DNA of 64,000 bases from Bacillota bacterium (GTDB lineage: Bacteria > Bacillota > Clostridia > Acetivibrionales > DSM-1351), in assembly GCA_023441625.1 (NCBI GenBank), contig JAEZOA010000044.1, positions 40,683 to 104,682 on the forward strand. The letters are read 5' to 3'. The notes below the pieces were generated by a model, which saw nothing but the letters and a program-made list of their open reading frames with translations, had not been told where the DNA came from and ran no database searches. Each line of letters opens with the position of its first letter. Within the stretch, counting starts at the first letter, position 1. Below are positions 19,203-30,208 of this stretch, piece after piece. The position numbers were made by a program, and so were the translations under genes.

Positions 19203-21116
19203 ATGAAAAAATTAAGAAATACTACAATTTACATCTTAGTTTTGACTTTAATTTTTAGTTGCTTTACATCAGTAGCTTATGCAGAATCGGAGACATATAA
19301 TGACCTGATTGACCAGGGTGCAGAATTAATGTATATAGACGATGAAGAGGCTATAAAATTGTTTGACAAGGCTATTGAAGTTGATTCCCAGCAATCTTAT
19401 GCATACAAATATAAAGCTAGTTGTTTGAGATATCTTAAAAAATATGAGGAGGCTATCAGCACTATTGATACAGGTCTGAAAAATGCCTCTGATTATGATG
19501 CTTACTATTTAATTATTTCTAAAGCCCGTATTTTAATTGATATGAATAAACTCGATGAAGCTAAAAAAGTAATTAATACAGCCATTGAGAAACAACCTAC
19601 ATCAACATATGCATATAGTATATATGCTGAAATCCTTAGTAAACAGGGTAAAAATGATGAAGCCATTAAAATGTTTGACAAACTAATTGAATTAGACCCT
19701 GATAATTATTACTCATTTTTAGATAAAGGAAATTTCCTAGAAGAAATATCACGTTATGAAGAAGCTATTAAGACATATGATATTGCTATTAGTATTGAAC
19801 CTAAAGAAATAATTGCATATAGAAATAAAGCATCTTTATTATCAAGAATAGGTAAATACAAAGAGTCTACAGAGCTATATAATAAGCTGATTAAAGACAA
19901 TCCTAATGACTTGGGTCTATTAAGTGACAGAGCTTCATTATATAGAGAACAAGTATTATATGCTCAAGCTTTAAACGATATTAATAATGTTATAAAAAAG
20001 GATAAGGAACTTAGGTATTCAAATACATATAGTGATAAACCAGATATACTTGCAAGGCAAGGTAAATTTGATGAGGCTATAAAAGCATATGATGAGATAA
20101 TCAATATAGACCCAGAGGATTACTATGCTATATTAGACAAGGCAGATCTGCTTTCAATTATGAATAAAAATAATGATGCTTTAGCTACTTTTGATAAGGC
20201 TATAGAATTGAGACCTAGTGATGATTATGGGTATTACTTAAAGGCAAAGGCACTTGACAATGCAGGCAAATATGCAGAAGCCATTAAGATTCTAAAAAAT
20301 GCAATTGCTAAATATCCAAAGATTTCAGCTGAATTATATTATGATATGGCATATATTCACATGAATAATAATAAGAATACTGATGCTTTAAATGCTTTTA
20401 ATACAGCCTTAAAACTAAAACCCGATGATATTTATATGTCGGCAAGTAAGGTCTGGTTTCTTATAGACATGAAGAAGTATACTGAAGCTATTCAAATTGT
20501 AGATAAATTGATAAAACAAAATCCAAATGATACTTATGTATACTCGATAAAGGTAGACGTACTTTTAGCTCAAAATAAATACGATGAAGCTATAAAATTT
20601 GTAGACAGTGTTTTAAAAACAATGCCAACAGATTCCACACTTCTGATTAATAAAGCAAATATATATTATTCGTGGAAGAAATATCAAGACGCTATCAAAA
20701 TTTATGATAAAATGCTAGAACTCGATCCATATGATTTTAATGTTTATTCAGAAAAAAGCAATGCATTGCTGGCCCTAGGTAAGAATGAGGATGCTATAAA
20801 AGCTTTAGATAAGGCAATAGCACTCAAACCTAGTAACGAATACTTATATACTCAAAAAGGTAATGTGCTAGTTAAAAATAAAAAATATGCAGATGCGATT
20901 AAAATGTACGATCAATCAATTAAAGTTAATGAAATTAATGCTGATGCTTATTATCAAAAAGCTGGCGCGTATGCATTGCTAAAGAAAACAAATGAAGCAA
21001 ATGCTAGTCTAAAGAAAGCAATCATTTACAACAAAGATTATAAAGCTATAGCAAAAAAAGATGCAGTTTTTGCTGGAATAAAAAATAATAAAGATTTTAA
21101 AGAAATTACAAAATAA
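19203..21116 (+). CDS. Secreted TPR repeat protein
   Basis: Signal peptide ending AYA; many approximately 34-aa repeats of the YEEAIK.YDKAIELDP type. Confidence 0.85.
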   Translation: MKKLRNTTIYILVLTLIFSCFTSVAYAESETYNDLIDQGAELMYIDDEEAIKLFDKAIEVDSQQSYAYKYKASCLRYLKKYEEAISTIDTGLKNASDYDAYYLIISKARILIDMNKLDEAKKVINTAIEKQPTSTYAYSIYAEILSKQGKNDEAIKMFDKLIELDPDNYYSFLDKGNFLEEISRYEEAIKTYDIAISIEPKEIIAYRNKASLLSRIGKYKESTELYNKLIKDNPNDLGLLSDRASLYREQVLYAQALNDINNVIKKDKELRYSNTYSDKPDILARQGKFDEAIKAYDEIINIDPEDYYAILDKADLLSIMNKNNDALATFDKAIELRPSDDYGYYLKAKALDNAGKYAEAIKILKNAIAKYPKISAELYYDMAYIHMNNNKNTDALNAFNTALKLKPDDIYMSASKVWFLIDMKKYTEAIQIVDKLIKQNPNDTYVYSIKVDVLLAQNKYDEAIKFVDSVLKTMPTDSTLLINKANIYYSWKKYQDAIKIYDKMLELDPYDFNVYSEKSNALLALGKNEDAIKALDKAIALKPSNEYLYTQKGNVLVKNKKYADAIKMYDQSIKVNEINADAYYQKAGAYALLKKTNEANASLKKAIIYNKDYKAIAKKDAVFAGIKNNKDFKEITK

Positions 21117-21137
21117 GCCAACATTATTTATTTTAAT

Positions 21138-21191
21138 AAAAAAAGGCTGTGCAATAGTTATTTGGAAAATAACTGTGCGCAGTCCTTTTTT
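21138..21191. terminator. Bidirectional terminator
   Basis: AAAAAAGGCTG...CAGTCCTTTTTT between convergent genes. Confidence 0.7.
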
Positions 21192-21193
21192 AC

Positions 21194-21216
21194 GTGGTGC
21201 CCAGCATGGGCGTAAG
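21194..21216 (+). mobile_element. Probable group IIC intron 5' end remnant
   Basis: GTGGTGCCCAGCATGGGCGTAAG immediately after a terminator U-tract, resembling GTGCGCCCAGCATGGGCG. Confidence 0.5.
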
Positions 21217-21220
21217 TTTT

Positions 21221-21703
21221 TCAATCAAGCTCTATGTTTGCCTCATTAAGATAAAGACAGACTTGATCTAATAAATCAAGTAAAGTTTTACTCTGATCTA
21301 TTCCAAGTTTCTCTATAAGGCCAGAAAATAGGGAGTTAAAGTAGGTTGTCAGTTTCTGTACTGTTTTTTCTCCCTTATCTGTTAGTTTTATATCAGAAAC
21401 TCTCTTATCTTTAGAGTCAATGCTACGTTCAATATATCCCTTGGTACATAAGCTTTTTATTAATTCAGTAACAGTTGGGGAAGTTACTGACATTTTCCTG
21501 CTGATTTCCGAAACTTTAACGACCTCTTTGCCTTCATGAGAAAGCTGATCAATACAAAGCAAAACGCGTACCTCACTCTGCTTCAGGCCTAATAAGGGCT
21601 GCTTATGTCGTTCAGCTCTTGTCAAATTTTCAAATGTCTCTAAAAATCTTCTAATATCTACGTTTGCTTGCTTTTGCAAAAAATTCACCTCGTTTGAGAA
21701 CAT
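21221..21703 (-). CDS. MarR family transcriptional regulator
   Basis: SPTVTELIKSLCTKGYIER..DKRVSDIKLTDKG. Confidence 0.88.
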   Translation of the reverse strand: MFSNEVNFLQKQANVDIRRFLETFENLTRAERHKQPLLGLKQSEVRVLLCIDQLSHEGKEVVKVSEISRKMSVTSPTVTELIKSLCTKGYIERSIDSKDKRVSDIKLTDKGEKTVQKLTTYFNSLFSGLIEKLGIDQSKTLLDLLDQVCLYLNEANIELD

Positions 21704-21813
21704 GTGTGTTCATATACTATAAAGATTTTATTTATAACCAGTATACCACTTTTTATCCACACATAAAATACCTTACAAATATGAACTTTCACAAATATAA
21801 TATAGAATATAGG

Positions 21814-23406
21814 TTATGCTGCAGGGTTTTCTTCTTTTGCTCCCTTTTCCATACTATCTTCAGCAGGTTTTACTTTCAGAAATAATGAGAGAATAACACC
21901 TACTAGCAGGAGTAAGGCACCTATATAGAAAACACTGGTTAATGCCTGTCCCATAACTGATCTTACCATTTCCATCATCTTCAAAAATAAGGGTTGAACT
22001 TGCTCAGACAGGGTCGCTTGTATAGCCTCGAGCTTAGTTGTATCCAACAACATCTGAGGATTTGCCATGGCTGTAAATTTTTCAGCGGTTGCAGCATCCA
22101 ATTGTGAAAGGTCTACTCCAGAACCTGATGTCATTACCGTTTCCATATTTTTAGCCATTGATGTATTCATTATAGCTCCAAATATAGCAATAAAGATAGT
22201 ACCTCCTAGGTTACGAAAAAGTGTGCAAGATGCTGTAACTACACCAAGTTGTGAAGCTGGAGCAGAATTCTGCGCTGTTGTTGTGAATACTGTCATACCA
22301 AATCCAAGTCCAACACCAAAAATAACCAAGCTTATAGCCGCCAATACAATATTATTCATATTGGCCATAATAATCATACTTCCACTCATAATCCCTAAAC
22401 CTAGTATAGCAAATAATCTATAGTTACCAGACTTAGATATCCAACGTCCTACTAATGTGCTAAAAATAATCATCATAAGCGACATTGGAATATTTAATAG
22501 ACCTGATGTTGTTGCTGATTGTCCTTCTACACCTTGAATATAGAAAGGAATATAAGACATGGCACCCATCATTCCACCACTCATAACAAAACTAGCTGCA
22601 TAAGAAATGGTTACACCTTTATTTCTAAACATGGAAAGAGGCATAACAGGGCACTTAGCCTTACGTTCAACTAGAATGAGGACGATAATTCCTGCTATAG
22701 TAGCCCCGAATAGACCTAATATCTGTGGTGAAGTCCAAGCATATTTTGTTCCAGCCCATGAGAAGCCTAAAAGTAAGCTAGTAATTGAAAGTGCCAAGAA
22801 AATTGAACCTAAATAATCAATTGATTCCGAGGAATTTCCTGATGTTTTAGGAAACAGGCTCCAAATCATAACGAAGGCAACGATACCTAACGGTAAGAAG
22901 AGCCAGAATAGCCATTTCCACGCAACATAATCAACCATAATACCTCCAAGAACTGGTCCAAGGATACTAGAGAGGCCGAAGATTGACATCATGACACCTG
23001 TCCATTTTGCTCGCTCTTGTGGAGCGTATAAATCACCTACAGCTGTAAGTGAGATTGACATTAAAATGCCTCCGCCTATTCCTTGAATCCCACGGAATGT
23101 AATCATTTGAAAGATGTTGGCTGACAAGCCTGTTAAAAAAGAACCTATTAAAAAAACAAAAATTCCTGAAAGTAAAAATACTTTTCGTCCATAAATATCA
23201 GATAACTTTCCAAATATAACGGTAGAAATGGTTGATGTAAGCATGTAACCTGTAATCACCCAAGAGTAGTAATCCATTCCCCCTAATTGCGCTATAATTT
23301 TTGGCAATGCTGCACTTATGATTGTTTGATTAATGGCCGCGAAAAACATTGTAGCCATTAGTGCAATCATAACTGTCGTTTTTTTCTTATTCGTTAGTGG
23401 TTGCAT
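21814..23406 (-). CDS. DHA2 (EmrB/QacA) MFS efflux transporter
   Basis: QTIISAALP, GKLSDIYGRK, RGIQGIGGG, about 14 TM segments. Confidence 0.9.
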   Translation of the reverse strand: MQPLTNKKKTTVMIALMATMFFAAINQTIISAALPKIIAQLGGMDYYSWVITGYMLTSTISTVIFGKLSDIYGRKVFLLSGIFVFLIGSFLTGLSANIFQMITFRGIQGIGGGILMSISLTAVGDLYAPQERAKWTGVMMSIFGLSSILGPVLGGIMVDYVAWKWLFWLFLPLGIVAFVMIWSLFPKTSGNSSESIDYLGSIFLALSITSLLLGFSWAGTKYAWTSPQILGLFGATIAGIIVLILVERKAKCPVMPLSMFRNKGVTISYAASFVMSGGMMGAMSYIPFYIQGVEGQSATTSGLLNIPMSLMMIIFSTLVGRWISKSGNYRLFAILGLGIMSGSMIIMANMNNIVLAAISLVIFGVGLGFGMTVFTTTAQNSAPASQLGVVTASCTLFRNLGGTIFIAIFGAIMNTSMAKNMETVMTSGSGVDLSQLDAATAEKFTAMANPQMLLDTTKLEAIQATLSEQVQPLFLKMMEMVRSVMGQALTSVFYIGALLLLVGVILSLFLKVKPAEDSMEKGAKEENPAA

Positions 23407-23437
23407 AAATCCTCTTTCTTTAATATATTTTCATTAA

Positions 23438-23466
23438 AATTAATTAGGTAGGTAACCTAATTAATT
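23438..23466. promoter_or_regulatory. Palindromic operator, probably for the adjacent MarR
   Basis: AATTAATTAGGT-N5-ACCTAATTAATT perfect 12-bp arms upstream of the transporter SD. Confidence 0.6.
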
Positions 23467-23642
23467 TAATATAATCTTTTTACCTGAATTAGTCAATACA
23501 TAATTTTAGAATTAACGTAAATTTAACAGGGATTGGTGAGAAATCAATTTAGGAGTATCAGTATATAAATTATATATAAGTAAATAATATGAAGTAATAA
23601 TATATCATTTTATAGCCTAACAATTGGCTAGCGGAGGTTCTA

Positions 23643-24284
23643 ATGAAAAAATTACTTTATATTACTGTAAACTCTAAACCTGAAGAGATGTCTTCAAGCA
23701 AAACAGTAGGAAGAAAACTAGTAAATAGTATATTATCCAAGCATCCTAGTATGATTATGGAAGAGGTTGATTTATATAAAGAGCATATACCACAGCTTAA
23801 ACATTGCTATTTCGAAAGCAGAAGTGCTATTGTAAATGCAGAAGCATTATCAAAACTATCAAAGGAGGAACAAGAGGAAGTTAAGCAAATAGTAAAGTTA
23901 TGTGATCAATTTATAAACGCTGATGTCTATGTACTTGCTTCTCCTATGTGGAGTCTTTCCTTTCCAGCACCCTTAAAAGAGTACATTGATTGTATTGTTC
24001 AAACTAATAAAACTATAGCTTTTGATGATCAAAAACCCTATGGATTATTACACGATAAAAACCGTACCTTTATTTATGTTCAAGCTTCAGGTGGTAATAT
24101 TCCATGGATTATAAGACCTGCATTGAACAAAGGGCTAAATTATGTTGAAGACATTATGAAATTTATTGGTATTAATAAGTTTGATGAGCTTTTAGTGGAT
24201 GGTACTGGTACAACTGAACTTGAACGGTTAGAAGCAATTGAGAAGGCTGAAGCAAAAATTGATACAATAGTTGATCAGATATAG
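23643..24284 (+). CDS. azoR: FMN-dependent NADH-azoreductase
   Basis: ADVYVLASPMWSLSFPAPLKEYID, ASGG. Confidence 0.82.
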   Translation: MKKLLYITVNSKPEEMSSSKTVGRKLVNSILSKHPSMIMEEVDLYKEHIPQLKHCYFESRSAIVNAEALSKLSKEEQEEVKQIVKLCDQFINADVYVLASPMWSLSFPAPLKEYIDCIVQTNKTIAFDDQKPYGLLHDKNRTFIYVQASGGNIPWIIRPALNKGLNYVEDIMKFIGINKFDELLVDGTGTTELERLEAIEKAEAKIDTIVDQI

Positions 24285-24495
24285 GTTTAAAATTTGACTC
24301 CTTAAGAGAAGCCAATACTTCATATTCAGATAGTTTGATTATATTCCTATTGCTAGCATATGTGGGATGTGTTACCATTTAATAAGGTGATTTTTATTAG
24401 CTGCTAGGATAATATAAATGTTATTATTTTGTATTGTTAATTTTACAAAAATGACAAAGATATCTGATTAATAGTGTTTGAGAGGGGTTTTTTGA

Positions 24496-25392
24496 ATGAG
24501 AATAAGGTTTATTTCTGTTTTATTAGTTTTACTTTTATTGTGCTCGTGTTCTCAGAATGGTGCTACAGAAATTGAACAATTAAAGGTCTCAGACGAGGAG
24601 TACACAAATAAACTTACATTGATGGAACAAGAAATAAACTCCCTTAAGGAGACTAATAATAAACTAGATACAGAAAATATAAATCTAAGAATGGATAATA
24701 GTGATCTAGAAGATGAGAATATAAAGTTGGAACGATCTTTAGAAAGGTATAGAGATCTCAGGAATGACTCCCTTTTTGAATGGATATATAATTATGATTG
24801 GAATAGTATAAAAATTAAGTATAATAACGGTAAATCCGAAATTAAAATTCCATCATCTAAGCTGGCGCCTTATACTTTCATAGGTTCTATAAGAAAAGGC
24901 TGGGGACCGCAAGCAATGGATGAAGGTGTTTGCATTTATGAATTTATCCGCAATGATATATCTTATAAAATAGAGATTTTTAAAGAACATGTATTTAAGT
25001 ATCAAGATGAATTTTATTATAGTGATTACAATCTTTTTGATTTGTATGAATCATTTATACCGCCCACCTTTGATTGGCAAAAATCAGATAATTCATTTAA
25101 TTTAATTTACAACAGTAAGATAATTAACATAGGTGATAGTTATTACATAACTGACAGAACAAAAAATATTGCTGCATACATTGCATTATTTCAAGTAGTT
25201 GCGTCCCCTTCCAAAAATAAAGTTGGTAAACTTCAAGATACAATTAAGTGTTATAATCATGGTGAAGTAATAAAAATTACTATATACGATAATTATTTAT
25301 CCATTTCATATAAAAATGCTACTACTTGGTATAAAGGAATTGATGAAAATATACAGCCTTCAGGGGTAATCAGTATTTTTACTGCTGGGTAA
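24496..25392 (+). CDS. Hypothetical lipoprotein with N-terminal coiled coil
   Basis: LLLLCSC lipobox-like motif; SD GAGGGG. Confidence 0.65.
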   Translation: MRIRFISVLLVLLLLCSCSQNGATEIEQLKVSDEEYTNKLTLMEQEINSLKETNNKLDTENINLRMDNSDLEDENIKLERSLERYRDLRNDSLFEWIYNYDWNSIKIKYNNGKSEIKIPSSKLAPYTFIGSIRKGWGPQAMDEGVCIYEFIRNDISYKIEIFKEHVFKYQDEFYYSDYNLFDLYESFIPPTFDWQKSDNSFNLIYNSKIINIGDSYYITDRTKNIAAYIALFQVVASPSKNKVGKLQDTIKCYNHGEVIKITIYDNYLSISYKNATTWYKGIDENIQPSGVISIFTAG

Positions 25393-25803
25393 TTTTCAAC
25401 ATCATATAACATGGCAATATACTAAGCCGTCAATGTATCTGTTATAATAGAATCCATAACATATGGAAAAGTTGACTCATAAGGAATTATATGAACTTAA
25501 GGAAAACCCTATATCAAAGGACTTTTATATATATGATAAAAACAGAAAATTTGAATTTTGTGGAGCTTATACGTGATTTGTATGATTTAAATTCTAAATG
25601 GAGTTTCTATGATGAATCACATCAAAGGAGCAATAGGAAAATGTAAAGCCTGTGGTACATGATTATGGAAAATAAGCACATCTTAGTTGGTTTTAATGCA
25701 AAGTGCTATGTGTCATAATGGTAAATATTACAGAACAGAATCTGTAGTGTAATCATTTATTGGCCGATAGAATAATTGTTAAAATTTGATTGGAGATGGA
25801 TTT

Positions 25804-26541
25804 ATGAGTTTAGGAACTAACATACAGTATTTACGAAAATTAAATAAACTAACTCAGGAACAATTTGCTGAGAAGATGGGCGTTACAAGACAAACTGTTT
25901 CAAGATGGGAATCAGATGAAGTTACACCAGAACTTAATAAACTTATTGAGTTATGTTCAAAATTTTCATGTAAATTAGATGAATTGGTCCGAGAGAATAT
26001 GTCTTCAAAGGACGAAATTTATTCTGAAGTTGAGATTAGAAAAGTCCCTGCTTTTAAAATGGCAAGATACATAATGATTTCACCGAATCCAGAATCAGAT
26101 GTGCAAAATTATATGAAAAATTGGGGTAAGGTGAGTGGGCTAACTGTAGAAAATCCAAACGCAAGACTGATTGGCTGGGATTTTTCATTTGTGTCTCAGG
26201 AATTACAGACGAGGTTCGGACTTCATGGCTATGTTGCTGCATATATACTTCCGGAAGGATTTCGGACGGACTGCACAGGTGTGGAATATGCTCAAAATAA
26301 AGAGGCAGAGTATGCGGTTATTACTCTAAAAGAGCCTTTTGTTCAACCTTTTGAGAGAATACCAATGGGATATAAATGTATCATGGAATTCTTACAAGCC
26401 AATAATTTCAAAGAAAAATTATGTGATGATATTGTCTGTTGCTTTGAACAAGAATACGAAAAGGACGGAATATATTATATGGATATCTATGTGCATGTTG
26501 ATAGTGTTATCAAAGCCGATGCATATTCTACATTTAATTAA
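25804..26541 (+). CDS. XRE-family HTH regulator with GyrI-like effector domain
   Basis: LTQEQFAEKMGVTRQTVSRWE; C-terminal effector-binding region ending MDIYVHV. Confidence 0.8.
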   Translation: MSLGTNIQYLRKLNKLTQEQFAEKMGVTRQTVSRWESDEVTPELNKLIELCSKFSCKLDELVRENMSSKDEIYSEVEIRKVPAFKMARYIMISPNPESDVQNYMKNWGKVSGLTVENPNARLIGWDFSFVSQELQTRFGLHGYVAAYILPEGFRTDCTGVEYAQNKEAEYAVITLKEPFVQPFERIPMGYKCIMEFLQANNFKEKLCDDIVCCFEQEYEKDGIYYMDIYVHVDSVIKADAYSTFN

Positions 26542-26558
26542 TGGAGGATGAGGATATA

Positions 26559-26927
26559 ATGAAACAAATCAATTATATTATGCAACCTACAGATTATTTA
26601 TGTGGTCAGGCTTGTGTTGCTATGCTTGCAGGTGTATCAGTCGAAGAAGTTGTTTCTGTTATGAAAAATGATAAAGGTACAGGAAAGAAAGATATTGAAA
26701 AGGCTCTGAACTATTATGGGATAAGTCAGGCAAAGTCAATGACGAAAGCAGATAACGCTTCTGTTTTGCCCAAAGTATGTATTCTTAAAGTTCTCCTACC
26801 TAAGTACAGTCATTGGATTTTATGCTATGATGGTAATTATTATGACCCGGAATTTGGAGTGACTCAAGAATTATATCAAAAATCAAGAGTTCAATCATAT
26901 TTGGAGATTTTTGTTGGCGAAGAATAG
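26559..26927 (+). CDS. Small peptidase C39-like protein
   Basis: Q....CGQACVAM, HWIL, YYDP catalytic C/H/D pattern. Confidence 0.7.
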   Translation: MKQINYIMQPTDYLCGQACVAMLAGVSVEEVVSVMKNDKGTGKKDIEKALNYYGISQAKSMTKADNASVLPKVCILKVLLPKYSHWILCYDGNYYDPEFGVTQELYQKSRVQSYLEIFVGEE

Positions 26928-27335
26928 AAGTATTATTTGAAGAAATTGTAATTTTCAAAGCTCCGTAAACTTTAAGTTTTCACCTTATTTTACATTAAAC
27001 ACAAGCAGTCGATTGGCTCATTCCAATCGGCTGTTTTTGTGATGGAAAAAAAGAGACTTCTATGATATAATCCAAACCATATAGTTAACTTTTAACGATG
27101 AACCCCCTTGTAGGAGAGTTTTTAAAAATGAACCCCCTTTGGGGGTAAAAATCGGAGTAGTCTAAACCCCCTAGTTTGACTACGATTTGACTACTATTCA
27201 ATGTAACGATGTGCTACGATATGCCATTATAGGGTAAAAAGTGTACTAAATGAATAAAAATATGTGAATGCTAGAAACCCCGATAAAACCTCGCAAAATT
27301 GTGCATATCTTGGCATTTTAAGATAGGAGAAAATT

Positions 27336-27815
27336 ATGATTAAAGTACTTTTCGTTTGCCACGGCAATATTTGCAGATCACCCATGGCGGAATTTGTATT
27401 TAAAGATTTAGTCAAAAAAAGAGGATTAGAAGATTTATTTATAATAGTCTCATCGGCAACTAGTACAGAAGAACTAGGCAATCCTGTACATCATGGTACT
27501 AGAAACAAGTTAAAAGAGTACGGAATTTCAACAGAAGGCAAAAAAGCTGTCCAGTTGAGTAAAAAAGATTATGAAAAATATGATTACCTCATTGGAATGG
27601 ATGGAAGGAATATTACAAATATTAATAGGATTATCGGGCATGATTCTAAGAAAATAGTTTCTAGACTTTTGGAGTTCACTGGTAATCCAAGGGATATTGC
27701 TGATCCGTGGTATACAGGAGACTTTGATCAAACATACTCTCATATTTATGAAGGATGTGAAGCACTTCTTAACCATATTTTAAAACAAGATGGGTTTAAA
27801 AAGCTCAATCAATAG
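27336..27815 (+). CDS. Low molecular weight protein-tyrosine phosphatase
   Basis: VCHGNICRSPMAE, IADPWY. Confidence 0.92.
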   Translation: MIKVLFVCHGNICRSPMAEFVFKDLVKKRGLEDLFIIVSSATSTEELGNPVHHGTRNKLKEYGISTEGKKAVQLSKKDYEKYDYLIGMDGRNITNINRIIGHDSKKIVSRLLEFTGNPRDIADPWYTGDFDQTYSHIYEGCEALLNHILKQDGFKKLNQ

Positions 27816-27989
27816 ATGTATAACAATCCTTCTTACTACATGAATGGAAGATAACATAATATAATAAAGTAATAAGAATATATAAGAAAGATTATAGTGG
27901 AATATGTAGTTTTGGTGTACAATGTTAATATATTATGTAAATTCTAAAATAATGATTGAGAATTTGCTAGGATTAGGGGGATTATAAAT

Positions 27990-28490
27990 ATGCCATATAC
28001 TATAGTTGATTTATTAGACAAATTTATTTCTATAGAACATGCTGGATACAAGATGTATATGGAAATTATTAAAATGAATAATGTTCCAGAGAAAATAAAA
28101 ACAATTGCAAGGGTATTTGCCATTGAAGAAGAAAAACATATAGAAACATATAAACAAATCAAAAATAAAATGGAAAGTGAACCCAATATTGAAGTGGATT
28201 TACATATTTATGATAAGGCATCAACTCTCATTTACCAATTTTCTAAGCTAAATAAAATATCTGATTTGCCAAGTTCTAAAAGCCTTCTTGAATTTTGTCT
28301 AGAATTTGAAAAGAGTAATCTGGCATTATTACTAAGCATAAGAGGAATTTTAATTAGAACCACTGGAGATGAAGACTCTGTAAGTTACAAAGCTATATCT
28401 GAATTAGTAGATGAGGAATATAAACATATTAAAAACATTGAGTATTTTATTGGAGAAAAAGAACAAAAAATATGGGGCGAATTGTTATAA
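27990..28490 (+). CDS. Ferritin/rubrerythrin-like protein
   Basis: Paired E...EEKH and E...EYKH diiron-like motifs. Confidence 0.7.
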   Translation: MPYTIVDLLDKFISIEHAGYKMYMEIIKMNNVPEKIKTIARVFAIEEEKHIETYKQIKNKMESEPNIEVDLHIYDKASTLIYQFSKLNKISDLPSSKSLLEFCLEFEKSNLALLLSIRGILIRTTGDEDSVSYKAISELVDEEYKHIKNIEYFIGEKEQKIWGELL

Positions 28491-28798
28491 AGTTTTTGTA
28501 GTTTTTGATAGAGGGTATTAATTCTATAACACCTACATTGTCAAAGAAATCAGATGATGGTACCGTTTTATACTTTATACATGATCTAGGATACGGAGTT
28601 GAAGGTACAACCTCTAACCTCCTTAAAATTGAAGGTTTAGATAAGGATTAACTCCACTATTAGAATTTGTTTAAAATATCTGCAAGCACAATCCAAAGAA
28701 AGTATAATTATACAAATGGTTGCTATAAATAAAGATATGAAAAGCAAGGCATATTAATTTTTTTAAAGATAGTAATTAATGTGGGAGGTTTTTGAGAG

Positions 28799-29377
28799 GT
28801 GAAAACACTACTGTTTTGTGCTAAGGGTTTTGAAACTATGGAGTTTAGTGTGTTTGTAGACATATTAGGTTGGGCGAGAAACGATTATGGTTTTGATGTT
28901 GAAGTAGATACCTGTGGCTTTAATAAACAAGTTTTGAGTACATTTAATGTGCCTATTATTATGGATAAAACGATTGAAGAGATAAATGTGGATGAATATG
29001 AGGCATTAGCTATTCCAGGTGGATTCGAGGAATTTGGATTTTATGAAGAAGCATTTGATGAAAAATTTCTAGAACTTATCAGACAATTCAATAAGCATAA
29101 AAAAGTTATTGCAACGGTTTGCGTTGGGGCTTTGCCTGTAGGAAAAAGTGGTGTTTTAAAATGCAGAAAAGCAACAACATATCACTTGAAAGATGCATAT
29201 CGTCAAAAACAGTTGAAAGAATTTGGTGTGCTTGTGGTAAATGAACCTGTAGTTGTGGACGATAATATTATTACTTCTTATTGTCCTGCAACAGCGCCAT
29301 ATGTAGCTTTTCAGTTATTAAGCAAGTTGATAGGAGAAGAAAAAATGCTTATTGTTAAGCGAGCAATGGGATATTGA
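28799..29377 (+). CDS. DJ-1/PfpI family protein
   Basis: GFETME, AIPGG, ATVCVGA. Confidence 0.88.
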   Translation: MKTLLFCAKGFETMEFSVFVDILGWARNDYGFDVEVDTCGFNKQVLSTFNVPIIMDKTIEEINVDEYEALAIPGGFEEFGFYEEAFDEKFLELIRQFNKHKKVIATVCVGALPVGKSGVLKCRKATTYHLKDAYRQKQLKEFGVLVVNEPVVVDDNIITSYCPATAPYVAFQLLSKLIGEEKMLIVKRAMGY

Positions 29378-29529
29378 AAAAGAAATTGTAAAATGGAAAG
29401 AAAGCAAGCAAGGAAGGTATGGAGGCCGAAAGTTTGTCCATACCTTTTTATAATATATTTAAGCTTGACAATAAGCGATGCTGATAAAGTTTTTAATAAA
29501 ATGCATGTACTTTTAAGGCACAATTTACT

Positions 29530-30168
29530 TTAGCTATAATTTATATGTGCTTCAATCGAATCAGTGGATATAGCATATAAATAAAATTGATCTTCTCTAT
29601 AATTTTGCCGGTTCATATCTGGAAGGTATTCTTTAGGGAACTTTATTTCGCTATTTCTAACAAACATTGTAAAGACATATACAATTCTTGATTCCTCTTC
29701 TATAACAATAGCATATTCAAAGCAACAATTATTGTTTAAAATAGCAATATAAGTAGGGTGTTTAAAATACTTTCCGTTGTCTTCTCTAATTTTCACCATA
29801 TTTAATTCCGTTGTTATCTTTATATTACTAATCCTTTTCTTTTCAGCTTCAAAATCCTCTTTGTTGTACTTACACGACACATAAATCTGACTTGTTGGGT
29901 CAAGAAACGTATCTTTCCAATAATAATAAAATTCAGTTTCAGTTGCTGAAGCAGGAATTTTATCTGGAAATACCATAAGCTCACTATATACATTATTAGT
30001 AAAAATAGTGTTATAATCCTCAATATTTTCTGTGATTATTGCTGGCGGGCCTATTATACCCTTAATTAGATACCACACAACCCCCACAACTATAAGAAAT
30101 GCAGTTACAATCACACCAACAGCAATACCATGAATGAATTTTCGATTATGCAAAAATGCTTTTGTCAT
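29530..30168 (-). CDS. Membrane-anchored hypothetical protein
   Basis: Single N-terminal TM helix; SD GAGGAG; start MTKAF. Confidence 0.7.
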   Translation of the reverse strand: MTKAFLHNRKFIHGIAVGVIVTAFLIVVGVVWYLIKGIIGPPAIITENIEDYNTIFTNNVYSELMVFPDKIPASATETEFYYYWKDTFLDPTSQIYVSCKYNKEDFEAEKKRISNIKITTELNMVKIREDNGKYFKHPTYIAILNNNCCFEYAIVIEEESRIVYVFTMFVRNSEIKFPKEYLPDMNRQNYREDQFYLYAISTDSIEAHINYS

Positions 30169-30208
30169 TATTATCTCTCCTCGTATTAATCTATGACATT
30201 TTACTTTG

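Noticed and set aside
25396..25680. Possible cassette-boundary motif and decayed coding sequence after the lipoprotein gene
   Set aside because: Single degenerate occurrence; no family assignable by eye
28520..28650. Coding-like fragment ending LLKIEGLDKD*
   Set aside because: No start or SD and no recognisable motif
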